Origin: Camelus ferus
Taxonomy: Eukaryota
NCBI RefSeq assembly: GCF_009834535.1
Contig: NC_045697.1
Coordinates: forward strand, 4,528,001-4,592,000
Direction of reading: 5' to 3'
DNA: 64,000 nt
Under the pieces are notes generated by a model. That model worked only from the letters and a program-made list of their open reading frames with translations, searched no databases and was not told where the DNA came from. A program made the position numbers and the translations under genes. Numbering within the stretch: the first letter of the stretch is position 1; each line of letters opens with the position of its first letter. Shown here in pieces: positions 1 through 13,410 of the stretch.

Positions 1-934
1 GAACTCCAACCACCACAGAGAGGAGTAAGGAGCTTTCCCTGCCCCACCCCACGGGGTGGTCTTGGCAAGGCCTTCCCCCTCCCGGGCCTCAGAGTCCCAT
101 GTAGCTAGGTGATTCTTCTAGTGATTCGACAATCTGTTTACAATTTGGTGGCTGTTTGGATTTTCATTTTTAAAATAATAAGTTAGGGGAGCTGTTACTT
201 TATTTTGGGCGCAGGGACGGAGGGGCAGGGGAGAATTACTTTCAAAAGCCCCAGATACGGCTCAGACAGGTTTCACCTACTCACCAGCAGTTCTTTTTGA
301 ACAAAGCAAGTCATCGGTAAGCTAAGGGAAGGCCTCGGCTTTCAGACAGGCCTGTGTCCTTTCTCATTACTTTCAGGCCACTCTTCTGCTACTGGTTTTT
401 TCTTTTTAAAGTAGGCTGATCAAGTGGCATAAAACGACTGTAACCAGGGGCTCCCCTGGGAGAGTGGGCAGGGATGGCCTAGGGGGAGGGGTCCTGTTTG
501 TCCGCAGGCTGGACTGGAGGATGTGGGGCCTGGCCGGGATCTTCCCTGACCCTGGTGCGCATGTCACGGGAGCCATCAGCCACCACCATCGGAGGGCCCT
601 TCCCCTGGGTGCACCGTCCTGCCCGGGTTCTTCAAGAAAGCCACACCTCAACACCAAAACAGCCCGGTCCGCCGCGTACATGCCCCCGTCTGCGTTAGCC
701 GGATGTTTGGGCTGGGTGTAGGGGTGGACCCGCCCGGGGCGTGGAGCTCCGCGGGGTCGGCTTCTCAGGTGAACCAGCCCCCAAAGCCCGCGCACATCCC
801 ACGCTTCTTTCCGAGCCCGACCCCCGTGCCGCGCTCTTGTGCGATGCTGTCACTGAGTTCCATACCTCATATCTCACATCTTCTTTTCTTTTCTTTTTCC
901 CCCCTCCTCATTTTCTTTTGGTCTTATGTTATAG

Positions 935-985
935 TTTTTGTTCCTTTTTTTGTTTTTCTCACTAGCATTCATTCTGTGGCCTTGA
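935..985 (+). CDS. JAKMIP1: Last coding exon of a JAKMIP-family gene (C-terminal hydrophobic tail anchor), probably JAKMIP1; upstream exons lie outside the window
   Basis: Long pyrimidine tract, then ttatag|TTT TTG TTC CTT TTT TTG TTT TTC TCA CTA GCA TTC ATT CTG TGG CCT TGA = FLFLFLFFSLAFILWP*, the C-terminus I recall for JAKMIP/NECC proteins. Paralogue assigned from its position upstream of C4orf50 on the same strand. Too short for the ORF track. Confidence 0.88.
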   Translation, partial: FLFLFLFFSLAFILWP

Positions 986-3900
986 TGACTTCCGTGAGCC
1001 GAGCACTCGGGTGGGTATCCTTTCACCTTCACTGGTCAAAATGATGATTTTTCTAAAAAATGAGATTTCCTCCCAGCTCTGACTGGAACGTTCCTTGAGA
1101 GATGGGGCACCGGGGAAGGTGGCCTTGTGGGGGACCGCTCAGCTTCAGGCTCCCTGGGCATCACTGGGGGTCCCCGGCGAGGTCCACCCCGGGAGAAAGA
1201 TCAGGGAGCTGCCTGTGACTAAGAATGGACAGTAGGGACCTTGTGTCCCCTGTTGTGTTTGATCTTGAGAGGGGGGTTATTTTTTTCCCCAAAGGTTCTT
1301 TGTATTTTGGCTGTATTGGCTGTGGGCCAGTAAATTCGCCATAGGGTCCAGACCGGAGTGGGCCTGTGGGGTCAGGGGTCTGCAGGAGCTGCGGGCTGGC
1401 GGGCAAGTCCATGAGCTGCATACAAAATGCCCCAGAAGCTTGTACAAAGGGCCCAAGCGCCCTGCCTTGCCCCTCCCCCCGCCCTTGGCCCCATGTCTGG
1501 CTTTGATGCCGGCTGGTCCCTGCTCTGGTCATTGGGCCCTGCGTGTCTCATCCTGAGTTCCTGCTCTGGCACCCAGCCCCTCCCCAGTTCTCCCAGTTCT
1601 GAGTGCCCATCATGGCCTGAGGTGTTGAGATCAGCCCCTGAATTCAGCCCAAGTGAGGGCCCTGTGTGCTCTGGGGGTGACCGCAGCCCACTGGCCACCC
1701 AGACCCCCAGGCTGAGCTCCCATGCTTGACTGATATCCTTGTGGACAGTCCTGAGCCTGACCCCTGCACACGGGGGCTTTTCTTGGATCCTCGGTGCCCC
1801 AGGTCCTAGGACAGCACTTGGCACATGGTCGACATTCATTCGGTGCTAGTGCAGCAAATAAAGGAATGACCACAGGGCTCATCAGACTGGAGGTTGCAGG
1901 GTGGGTGCCGGAGGATGGGTGATCTGAACCTGTTTCCTCTTTCCCTGGATTGTCCGGGGAGGTCACTCTGTGGGCTCAGCTGGAGAGGTCAGGACAGTGA
2001 TGGGGACAGGTGAGGGCAGATAAGCCAGGGGCTTCTCCAACCATTTTAACCCTTGGTTCTTGTGTCATTTCCAATTATTTTTTAATTTTCCAGGATAGAA
2101 AAAGAGTTTATGGAATAAACTGAGTCCTATGGCAACCCCCACCCCGTTCAAACCAAAATTCAGCAGCAAAACAAGCTATTCCAAGCCCAGAGACTGAAAC
2201 CAGAATTCATGGATACTTGATGACAGCTCAAAGAGGCACACTTAGGATCTCTGGCTGGGCTGAGCTGTGGGAGCTCTGCAGGGGCAATGGGGAATTTGTC
2301 AAGCTCAGGGCCACCTCCGAGTCCCCACTGTGGCACCTTCAAGAGCCCAAGGGGCAGAGACCTGAACACCAGGAAACCAAGTGCAATTACTAGAAACTGA
2401 ATGAGTGGAAAGCCACTGCACTGTCTGGGGACAGGTCTGCATCCTTGTCCCCGCATGGCATGCCTCCCCTGGCCAGGGTGTGCGTGCCTGGCTAGACACT
2501 GACTATGTACATATGTCTCCACGAACTGTGCCCTGTGCAACCTGGGGTCTGTCAGCCAGAGTGACTTGCAAACGTCCTGCGATCTGAACCCAAAGTCAAG
2601 CCCGTCATCAAAACCCTCCAGATCCGTGTGCAGCTGGATTTGGCAGCTGGCGGCCAGAGAGAGAGGGCTGGAGCCTCACCCACTGTGGAAGGTGGACCCC
2701 AGGACCTCAGATTTACACGGGAGAAGCCCTGGGCTCCCTCACTCTTGTGGGGGTGACACCGTGAATGGCCCAGAGCCTGACTGTGCCTGGGGCCATGTAC
2801 AACGAGGACTGAGAAGTGGACACACACCCCCTTTTAGACCACGCTGTCTTGCATCTGGGTTGTAATTTGCAAGGGGCCGGCAAGGAAGGAATGCTGGGCT
2901 GTGGAATGACCCCTGGAGCACCTGCGGGGAATGAGGCTCCTTCTGCAGCAGTCTGAGACCAGCTCCCCTGTCTCACAGCCACGGAGAAGGAGGCAGTCCT
3001 TCCTGATCTCAGGAGACTGGCCTCTGAACCAAGCCTCCCAGGAGAACAAATGGGGCGCAGCCGCCAAGGAGGGCAGGACACCAGCTGGTGGGAGTCCAGC
3101 CCAGGAGGGAACCCCGGAGAACAGAAGTTACTTTTTTACTTATTGTTGCTGTTGTTATTCTAGGGTGAGCAGTTGGGTGCGGGAGCATCGTCAGGGGAAG
3201 GCGCCTGGGCATACAACTGTCCTCCCCCAACCTTTTGGAAGCAAGACTTTTGGAATCAAAATAGATCAAGTGAAATAGAAGGTAGTGAATGTGAAGGAAA
3301 GGATAGCTGCGTCAGTCGGAAGAAGAAGCCAAAGGCAAAGACTGGATTGATCCCAAGGATGGGAAGATTCACTGCTCTGTGTTTGTTGGGCTGCAGAAGC
3401 AATTCTAGTGAGAAAAACCCATGGGAAGATGAAAATGACTGAAATTCAGGCCCGAAGGAATCAAGGGAGGAGGGAATCCAACAGAAAAGCTGACAGTTCT
3501 CAGAAGGACAAATCCAAGGATGAAGAAGGACGTGGAGCTCAGTGCAGAAGGGGCACCCAGCCAGATGGGGAGGGATGTCCAGACCAAACCAAAAGATTAT
3601 GGGGCTCTATGCAAACATGCACCCGAGACAGATGAGAAGTGACCGTTCTCTTTTAAAATCTAAACCCAAAGCACCGCCACACCAGCCCCCATGACTTTCC
3701 CACATTTGGTAACCAAAAGCAAATGAACTGATGTCTTGGCTTCAAAAAAGGAGGCATCTGAGCCTCCAGGTAGCACTGGGAACGTAGAACCACGCAGTCA
3801 GTGAAAATGAAAAGCACACCTGCTTTCTCTGGGCCCAAGAAGCACAAGGAAGCCTTGCTTTGCTGACTCCGCAGGCAGAAGTCTGGGAGGCACTTGAAGG

Positions 3901-4772
3901 TCTCTGGGAAGCTGTTCCCACAACACAAAGTGTTCATCCTCTCCCTGTGGTAGGAGCGTGGTCCTCACGCCCTCCTGCCCGACGTCTGTCCACTCTGCCC
4001 TCCCACTCAGACAATGGGATGCGAATGGCGGTGGCTTAGAAAACAGACCCATCCGGGTCCACTTTCAGACAGCTACTTCCCTGCAGTGGACGCCGGCCAA
4101 GTACTTGCCGCTCCAAGTCTTAATATCTTCATCTGTGGAATGGGGTGATAGTCCCCATGCCCACCTCACAAGAGGTCTCGTGGGGCGCAGCTGGACAGTT
4201 AGACCCACAAGACTCTCAGACACTGGCAGGAGGCGCGGCAGGCAGCATCAGTGCATCGCTGTGGGAGTCGTCCTCAGCGGAGACCATCCAGCCCCCTGGA
4301 GATGCTCAGGTGTGAGGGAGTGGGTGCGGGGGCTGCCCCAGCTTAGAAACCCAAAGTCCCCAGTAGGAGCCAGTATTTCTTGTGGCAGCCCCAGGCATGG
4401 CTTCCAAGGTTTCGGCAAGGGACAGGCCTGGTCACAGGAGCCACTGTACCCCCGGCGGCCCACCAGACGTGAGCTCACGCACTGATGCGTCCCCCACAGC
4501 GTGGGGTGCCCAGGCCAGCTCACCGCTCAGGGCAGAGGTTGAGGCTGTTGCCTAGTGACGCAGTCAGCTCCCAGGCAGGTGTGGTTTCCAGGGGAGAAGA
4601 GCTGCAGGCTCAGCTGAACTGGCCCTTTCTCACGGAAAGTGGGGCTGGGGCCACCCTTGACCCCCACCCTCCTCACAGAGCTACCAGAGGGATGAAGGGA
4701 ACTCGGGCTGACTTCCTAACCGGTGATGCTACTCTCTGGCTCTGAGCTGTTCCCGGCTCCTCATCCTCACTT

Positions 4773-5010
4773 CCTCCCCTCCCCCCCCCCGCCCTCACTC
4801 CTCCCCTTCCCCACCCTCCCCCTCCTCCCCCTCCCCTCCTCTCTTCACCCTTCCCCTCCACCTTTCACTCCTCACCCCTCTCCTCCCCTCCCAACTCACC
4901 CCTCACCGCTTCACCCCTCCCCTCACTCCTTCCCCCTCCCCCTCCCTCCCCTACCTCCCTCTCCCCTCCCTTCCCCCCTCTCCCCTCCTACCTTCCTCCC
5001 CACCTCCCCC
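4773..5010. repeat. C/T-rich low-complexity tract (CCCT/CCCCT/CTCAC units)
   Basis: About 240 bp almost entirely pyrimidine on the + strand. Confidence 0.9.
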
Positions 5011-6689
5011 TGTCATCTCTCTGGGGCTGCCATCACACCTTAAGTGGCCCCAGAGCCCCGCTCTCGGCCAGGTTCTGCGTCCTTCCTGTGACCCCCCTCA
5101 GCCTTGAAGAACCTCACCTCACCGAGGTGCTGAGGGTGCAAGGCCCTGTCCTTACACCTGCTCCGGGCGGCCACGTGTCCCCTTCCCCAGGTCTCCAGCC
5201 CTGAGAAGCCTGCAGGGGTGATAATCCACGGGCAGGCCTTTCCCGTCCTTCTCCCTCAGAGCCTGAAGGCTCGTTTCAGATGAACCCCACAGACTAGTTA
5301 CTTATCCAAAAAGAGTCTGAAGACCCATCCCCAGGCAGAGGCCCCGGGGCTCAGATGCCCTTGGCCTGTCCCGGAGGGAGGAGGGAGCATGCGCCTTCCC
5401 TCCGGCTGCTCCCATCAAAGGGGCTAGAATCCCTGCTTCCCCCTCCTTGCAGGTCTGGCAGTGGTCTTCCAGGTGGCCCCTCTGCCGCCAGTCAGCCGTC
5501 AGTCAACCCTCCTCCTGGAGGATGCGCCTGGTGGCGGTCATCCCTGGGGGCTCACCGCGCCAGACACAGGACCCGGCCCTTGAGAGCCAAGTGACGCAGG
5601 ATGGCAGGGAGGGGGCTGCCGTTTGCCTCATTTCCTGAGGGCCTTAACTGTCTGAGATCTCAGCACGGAAGAGGCAGAGCTGCACACGGCCCGGGCAGGC
5701 AACCTGGAACCGCATGGCGTTGCCTCTGCCCACCTCCGAACAGCCTGCCCGCTGCAGCCAGAGTGCTTTGCCCGCGGCAGCTCACCGACCCCCCAGCAGC
5801 TGTTGACCTTGGTGCTATTTTCACCCCCCTGCCCTTTTATGATTGGTTAAGTGATTTGGCCAGGATTCCATCTGGGAAGTGCCTGAGATCTGAGCTGCCC
5901 CATGCACCCCCTCTGAGCCAGTCCCCACCCTGCTGCCTCTGACCACTCTGTGTCTGTTGCCCCCTGAGCCACCCTACCCCGTGGCCACTATCAGGGAAAT
6001 AGACTTGAAGACACAATCTTCCCCCAACCCAGACAACCTGTCCCCAAAGGTAGACAAGAAAGATAACAGTTTCATTATCTAATGAGCATCAAACCAGAAT
6101 GCAATGTGCATCACAGGCCATCCGCCTAGAGATTTGCAAAGATGGAAAGGAATCTCACCCATGATTAGCCAGGGCATTCGTACCGGTCCTTGTGATACAC
6201 TACAATTTGTTCTCAGATAAGAGAACTTGGCTGCACCATTTGTGACACACAGGTCACCTGAAAGCCACCGGGCCATTGGGGTGACCCTTTGTGTGTATTA
6301 ATTTTTCTATAAAGGAAAATGGGAATTTCAGTTTCTCCTATCTTTATGACAGGAGGTAATTTTGCAGCTTGGAGCCAGAGGACCACAAAATTGGGATCCT
6401 CCCCTCCCACGGAAACTGGGAGATAGGCTTTTGTTTTCCATGGATGTTTACATTCCAAAGAGATGGTTCCCAGGACACTCAGAAAGACATTCCTGGGTCA
6501 GAAAACCTGCAAAAGTCTTCTTTAGCTTTTCAAAGGATTTGCAGATATTTCAAAGAGATTAGGAAAGAACTACGTTTTCCAAAGTAAATGCTCTAAGGAA
6601 AGGGCAGGGCGAGTCTCTTCCATCATGTCTAACAGGGAGAATGAAGTCTCTTCATTTCCACTTCTGTTTGTCCCTGCACCACTCTGCAC

Positions 6690-7120
6690 CAGGCCAATTT
6701 ATTGCACTGGCTCCTCCTCCATGGCCAGTTGCCTCGGCTCTGGCTCCTGCACCCCTACCGTGCTCCAGCCTCAAAGTAAGATCTGATCAGGCCCCTCCCT
6801 GGCTCTAAACACTCCAGGACCCCCTACTGCCCCAAAAGAGATGCCACAGCCCACATCCCGGAGCTCAAAGCCCACGGGGATACAGCCCCAAGCCACCTTC
6901 TGTCCTGGGTCTTCATTTCCCCCTTCGGTATGTGCCCTGGGTGAGCCCAACCCGACCACCCCACTCCCTTCGCCTTGCCTGACTCTGCCCTGGGGCTTTG
7001 GTTCTGAGGCTCTTCCTGCCTGGAGAAGCCTTCTGCCCACCCCAGCCAGCTGTGATTCCAAGGCCATCTACCCGGCCTCAGAGTCCCTCCTGCCTACCCC
7101 CGCTGTGGGATGTGTTTCCT
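6690..7120 (+). mobile_element. Degenerate L2 LINE fragment
   Basis: L2-like text (ctccagcc...atctgatcaggcccctccctggctctaaacactccag...tcttcctgcctggagaagccttc). Confidence 0.5.
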
Positions 7121-7763
7121 CCTGTTTGCGGTCTTAGTTCATTCCTGACCCCTCGATTTTTGGTTCAGACCAGGATTTGAATCCTAACTCTGCCACTTCC
7201 CATCTGTGGGGCCGGGGACACCTTCCAGAACCCCTGTTTCATCACCTGTAAAATGGTTATGACAACGGCCACCTCATAGGGCTTCCAGGAGGACTGGACT
7301 AGATAAGGTGAGGTGACCCAGTGCCAGGCTAGTTCCCCTTTCTCTTCCCTTAGAGAAGTCCAGGCCTGTGGTAAACGTTCGCTGCACGCAGAGAGGGGGT
7401 TAGAACTCCATCCATTCCAGGGCGAAAGCCTGCGCGTCGCTGCCGAGAACGTAGGACACGCGGGTGGTCCTGCCGGGAAATCTCATCTTCCCTCTTTGTA
7501 CATATTGTGACATTTTTCATTCTAAGTGACTCTTCCACTTGGGGTGAGTGCTGGCATGCTGCTTGTAAAACGAGAGGCTCTCATTCATATTGTATGACGT
7601 TTGTGCAGGTGAAACCCGAGTCCCCCACTCATAAATAATCCACTGTTCTTGCCCTCCTCAAAGGATATTTTCCTGCGCAATCTGAAGGCATTGCAGCCAC
7701 CTCGAAATCTCCAGAAGGTCTGTGTTGCAAACTCACTCAATTGTATTAAGTCTTGGTCCATGA

Positions 7764-8063
<300 letters not shown>

Positions 8064-9097
8064 TAAATATGCCATTTGGACCTCTTCCTTGCGCACGTAA
8101 CACGTCCTGGGGTGTCAGGATCGTGTTAGAATGGTGGGTTGAATCGTTTCTACGGCCGGGGCTGCAGGCGAACCTATGGTACATAAGCTGCCCGTCACAG
8201 TCCCTGGCCCTCAGTGCCCTCTCTGTCTTTCCTGTCCTCCGCTCTGTGTCACAGGGGCTGAGCCTGTTTCCCAGGCTCCCTTGCTTGCTGGCTTCCAGCT
8301 GGGTCCAGCCAGTGGGAGGCACAGAAGGGAGGAGGAAGGGAGAAGCCAGGGTACTGTCCCCTCTCTTCTGCACCGGGTGACGTCTCCAACCAGGGCTGCA
8401 AACCAGTCGTGCTTTCAGCTTCCTCTGTGGTCCTGCTCCTGGACCCCAGTATCACCACCTCCTCTCTGCGTGTCCTTCCAGCCCGAGGGGAAGAAGTGGC
8501 TCCCAGCAGGAGCTAATCCTGGGTCACCTGTCACCTCTGTCTGGCCTCTCAGCTCTTCTGTCATCTGTGAGGCAGATTCCCTGTGTTTGATTCTCACTGC
8601 TGAACCCCCTGGCGTGCACTCTGTCTCCCTGATGGAACCGACATGGTCCAGGGCATTTGAATCCAGGTCTTTGTCCAAAGCCCGGGCTCTTTTTTGATAC
8701 CTAGGCCAGCAGAATGAGGTGGGGCCTTGCCTGTATGTCAAAGGAGAAGCCCAGCATGGAAATGCAGTAGCGTTATGGCTCGGGGCGGACAGGTTTACCG
8801 ATCTCCCAGCAGCCACGTGTCTTGGATTTATCTGGGCCTTCACCTTTTTTTTTTTTTTTTTTTTTGGTATTTTCCTTCATTTTAATAAAGGCAAGTCATC
8901 CAATGTGTATTTACATGAGCTTTCCTTTTTTTCTCCTCTTTGTAAAACTTTTCACGTGAGGAAATTCACGTATCAGAAACATTCTTTTGTTACTGTGTGT
9001 ATCAGTCTGCGTGATTGTCCATTCACCCACCCAGCCATCCATTCACTGGTTCACCGTACGACCTGCACTTACCTCCCAAGTGTCACACACCGTCGTG

Positions 9098-9480
9098 CGA
9101 GTCCTCTAGGGCTGCCAGAACAAAACCCCACAGACTGAGGGGCTTAAACGACGGACATTTGTTTTCTCACCATCCTGGAGGCTCGACGTCCAAGACCAAG
9201 GCGTGGACAGGGCTGGTTCCTTCTGAGACCTCTCTCCTGGGCTCGACGTTGTCTGCCTTCTGTCCGTGTCTTCACACCGGCTTGCTCTGTGCCCGCCTGT
9301 GCCCTAACCTCCCCTCTTAGAAGGACAGCAGCTGTGTTGGATTAGGGCCCGCCCTAATGATCTCATTTTAACTTAATTACCTTTGTGAAGACCCTGTCTT
9401 CAAATACAGTCACCTGCTAGAGGAACTGGGGTTAGGACTTCAACATATGTATTTAAGTGGGACATATGCAGCCCGTAATA
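9098..9480 (-). mobile_element. MLT1-type (ERVL-MaLR) solo LTR
   Basis: tagggctgcc...ggcttaaac...tccaagaccaagg...gattagggccc...ttaacttaattacc...gttaggacttcaacatatg are diagnostic MLT1 blocks. Confidence 0.8.
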
Positions 9481-10579
9481 TAAGTCCTGGGAGTTGAAAG
9501 CGGAGGAAGGCGGGGCCCCAGCCCTTGAGAGAGAACACTTTATAACCCACACATGGTTGTACATGGCAATGAAAACCAGAAGGTCACCAGGCCTGGGAAA
9601 GATGGGTAGGAGACCCCTCCATGTAAGGGAGAGACAGACAGCCCGGGGGGACCATGAGTGGTGAGGAGGAGGGGCCGCTGTGGCTGGGGCCTGGGCTGAG
9701 GCCATCCTGGAGGGGGAAATGGGAGCTGTGTCCTCCGTTCTCTGAAGCGGGGAATGCGCCATCCTGCAGAAGTGGGGCTCCTGAAGGGGAGGCCGAATCT
9801 GTGGCAGGGGTGGGACAAAAAGGGGTTAAGGCTTATAACAGGGTTCAGTGCTGCCCTCCCACCCAGGCCCCCTCATTGTTCCCTGGGACCCTATGACACA
9901 CAGCATGATACAATCCCCTTTTCCAGAAGAGGAAACTGAGGCTGGGTGGACAAAATATATTATTCAGGGTCACTGAAGCCAGGGTCTGAACGCACAATTG
10001 TGAGTACAGATTTTAGGCTAATTTCACCACAAGTGTGGTCTTGTTTGCGTACAGTGAAAGGTTGGTAGTGTCCATTGGATTTCACCTCAGTGAAAGAGTT
10101 AAAATTTAAAAATATTTATTGCAAAATGAATGCAACAGCATTGTTAGAAATCTGAGAAAGAGAACCCCACTCCCACCTTCACCCGCAGTATCGTTGTTGC
10201 GAATTAATTTCTCATCTAAATGCAACAAAATTAATAATGATAGCTTGATCCGTATTTAACAGACAAGCCTTTTAAAAATACTGAAAACGAAGTAATAGCG
10301 TTAGCCTCAATTTCTAGGTGGGAAAGTCAAGGTGCTGGCTCGTGAAGTGACTTCATGGTCACACACTCAGCCACGTGGGGCACTGGGACTCGACCCCAGG
10401 CAGCCTGCCCTGCAGCGGTCCCTGCAGCCGTGAGGCCCTGATTTACCCTGGTAGGTGCTCCCCGATGGAGTCTCCTAGTTCAGAGCACTCTCTGCAGCTC
10501 TGTATGTAATAGATTCTTTTTCACTTGTCATTAATCAGTGAAAAAAAATGGTACTTAGTTGTCTAGTTCTTATTAGCGA

Positions 10580-11020
10580 GTGCATTGCTTTCCTGTGGCT
10601 TTTAAGATAAATTGCTACAAACTTAGGGCCTAAAAGGAGTGCACATTCATTTCCTTCCTTTCCTGGAGGCAGATGTTCTAAAGCAGCCTCACTGGACTAC
10701 AATCATGCTATGCAGAGGGCTGTGCTCTCTCCAGAGGCTGGAGGGGAAATCTGTGTCTGCCTTTTCCAGCATCTACAGCTGCGTTCCTTGGCTTCTGGCC
10801 CCTCCCATCTTCAGGCCAGCAGTGTGCAGCATCTTGCTTCGGTGGATCACATGCCCTCTCCTTCTGTGTCAGATCTCCCTCTGCCTCTCATAAGGACAGT
10901 CGTAAATTGCAGTGAGGCCCACGCAGATAATCCAAGATCATCTCCTCCATCTCAAGGTCTTTACTTTCACATCTATAGTTTCTTGTGCATGTTCAGGGAA
11001 CATTCCTAGGTTCCAGGGAA
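10580..11020 (-). mobile_element. MLT1-type solo LTR
   Basis: ttcctgtggct...acaaactta...tgccttttccagcatcta...ttccttggc...gataatccaagatcatctcc. Confidence 0.7.
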
Positions 11021-11669
11021 ATGAGTCATTTTCTGCTTAGTTTAAGAATAGAGATCACACCAGAATTCAATATTGTCTCAGACTTGATGTTTCAGCTTGG
11101 TCTGAAAATCTGAGAAGAGAGACTTGTCTTTTCCCATTCAGATATCAGCCTATTTTATAATCAGTCGGAAGGTGCTCCTCCCAAGTCTCTGACTGATTAA
11201 CACGGGGCCACTCCCCGGTTCAGTTTGGAAGGAACTTGATTTGAATCTCCACAAGAGGGCACACTCCCTTCTGTCACTTTAGAGACTCTCTCCCAGGGAC
11301 TCAAAAGGAGAGTAGGAGAGGGGACTCTTGGCCTTATTAGTAACAGTGTATCATTTTATTTAATCATCACAGGAGCCTTCTGAACCAGGTGCAATTACCT
11401 TTATTTTACAGATGAAGATACTGAGGGTCATAGTGGTGAATGAGCCCAGTTAAGGCCTCAGTAGACCAGTAGGCAGCTGTTCCCTCCAGCTTCCATCACT
11501 TTCTAAGGATAAGAAGGTCTTCAGGTGGCTTAGCCATTCCTAACAGTTAGGTGACTTCCAACCTCTCAATTTTGTAAATAATTCAGAGATGAATTCTTTT
11601 ACTTGCAGAAACCTTTCTCTGCATTTCAATTGTTTCCTTAGAAGAGATTTGCAAGAATGTAGCTCAAAT

Positions 11670-11870
11670 GGGAGGCAGCAGAACACAGGGCTAAATCGTG
11701 AGTTTGGGAGGCAGGCAGCCTGGACTCTATAATGCTGTGTGACCTTAGGCAAGTTGCCCAGCCTCTCTGATCCTCCGTTTCCTAGTTTCCTCGTATGTGA
11801 AGTAAGGGGAAGGGAACCCACCTGCAGGCTGAGAATGCGAGGATTCAGTGAGACAGCGCAGATGTTTGGT
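11670..11870 (+). mobile_element. MIR SINE
   Basis: gctgtgtgaccttaggcaagttgcccagcctctctga core. Confidence 0.65.
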
Positions 11871-12133
11871 TCAGGCTCAGTTCTTTGCTGGTATGACCCA
11901 AAGATGGGATTACTGATTTAGGGGTGAGGTCGCTGTTAAGATTCCTTAAGCCTGGTGCCTTATTATTCAAAAGAGGTCTCTGAATTATTTTAGATCATCT
12001 TTTAAAAGACATGGATGAATGTTTTACAAAATGCCATGTTGTCAGAATATCCAATTGGCCAAATAACAGAAGAAAAAAAAAAGGTTGACTCTGGCATCTG
12101 TGAAAACCTCAGGCCATGTTTATAGCATCCTGA

Positions 12134-12526
<393 letters not shown>

Positions 12527-13184
12527 TAAAATGGGGTCCCCATCTTGCCCTGCTTGCCCCACAGGGCTCTGACCAGGATCCCTGGCAACAGAGGGCGCTC
12601 TGAGCGGACTGCAGGGCTGTGCATTCGCTGGGGGCTCTGAGCAGAGGTTCCTTTCTGTCCAACTGGTGCCTGACATCAGGCGTGCCAACTCTGGCCCGAG
12701 GACAATGAGATGACTGAGGAGCTGGCTTGCTGGTGGGGACACAGATAGGAAACAAGTCACTCCCAGACTGGATGCTGGGTGACACGAGGGACATGCAGGC
12801 ACAGTGTGTGTGTGCTTGTGGATGGAAGGCTACAGAGAACCGGGCCATGTGAATTGGGCTTTGCGGGAAGGGCTTTTGAGGATAGATAAGAGCTGGGGCA
12901 AAGCACAGAGGTGTGGAAGAGCATACTGGGACCAGGGCAGAGGGTGTGCTGGGCAGAGGGAGTTGGTGAGGCAGAAGAGGTCCCGGGAGGACAGATCGCC
13001 AGGGCCACGGCATGAACTGAATTCTGGAAGCCAGGTAGAGTAGGACATAGGGGAACCTTAGCAGGAGAGGCTCAAAGTCAAGATTTGGGGGATCTCACCT
13101 AATTGCATGGGAAAGAGATAGTGGAGGTGGTGGTGGGGGGGTGGGGTGGGGAATAGGGCCAAGTCAGAGTGCTGTCAGAGAGGA

Positions 13185-13410
13185 AGTGGCTGGTTAAGGA
13201 GGCAGGTTCTAGAAGCAGATGCCTGGAGCCAAACTCCAGCGCTGTCACTCACTAGCTGTGTAACCTAGGCCAAGTGACTTAACCTCTCTGGGCCTCAGTT
13301 TCCTCATCTGTGAAATGAGAATGATACAGTACCAACTCCCTTAAATGGCTGTGTAAGTGAGTTAACGATGTACAACACTCACAACAGAAGGCACTGACAC
13401 AACACTAGCT
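13185..13410 (+). mobile_element. MIR SINE
   Basis: actagctgtgtaacctaggccaagtgacttaacctctctgggcctcagtttcctcatctgtgaaatgaga core. Confidence 0.8.

Noticed and set aside
703..1044. 113-aa ORF with a hydrophobic stretch
   Set aside because: Wrong-frame reading of the intronic pyrimidine tract and the real JAKMIP exon (935-985)
3164..3640. Acceptor-like site at 3163 followed by purine-rich Lys/Glu ORFs (3173..3442, 3408..3635)
   Set aside because: No recognisable homology, frames interrupted and no clear donor; may be UTR or old repeat, so I cannot support it as coding
4723..5043. 106-aa proline-rich ORF
   Set aside because: Translation of the C/T low-complexity tract
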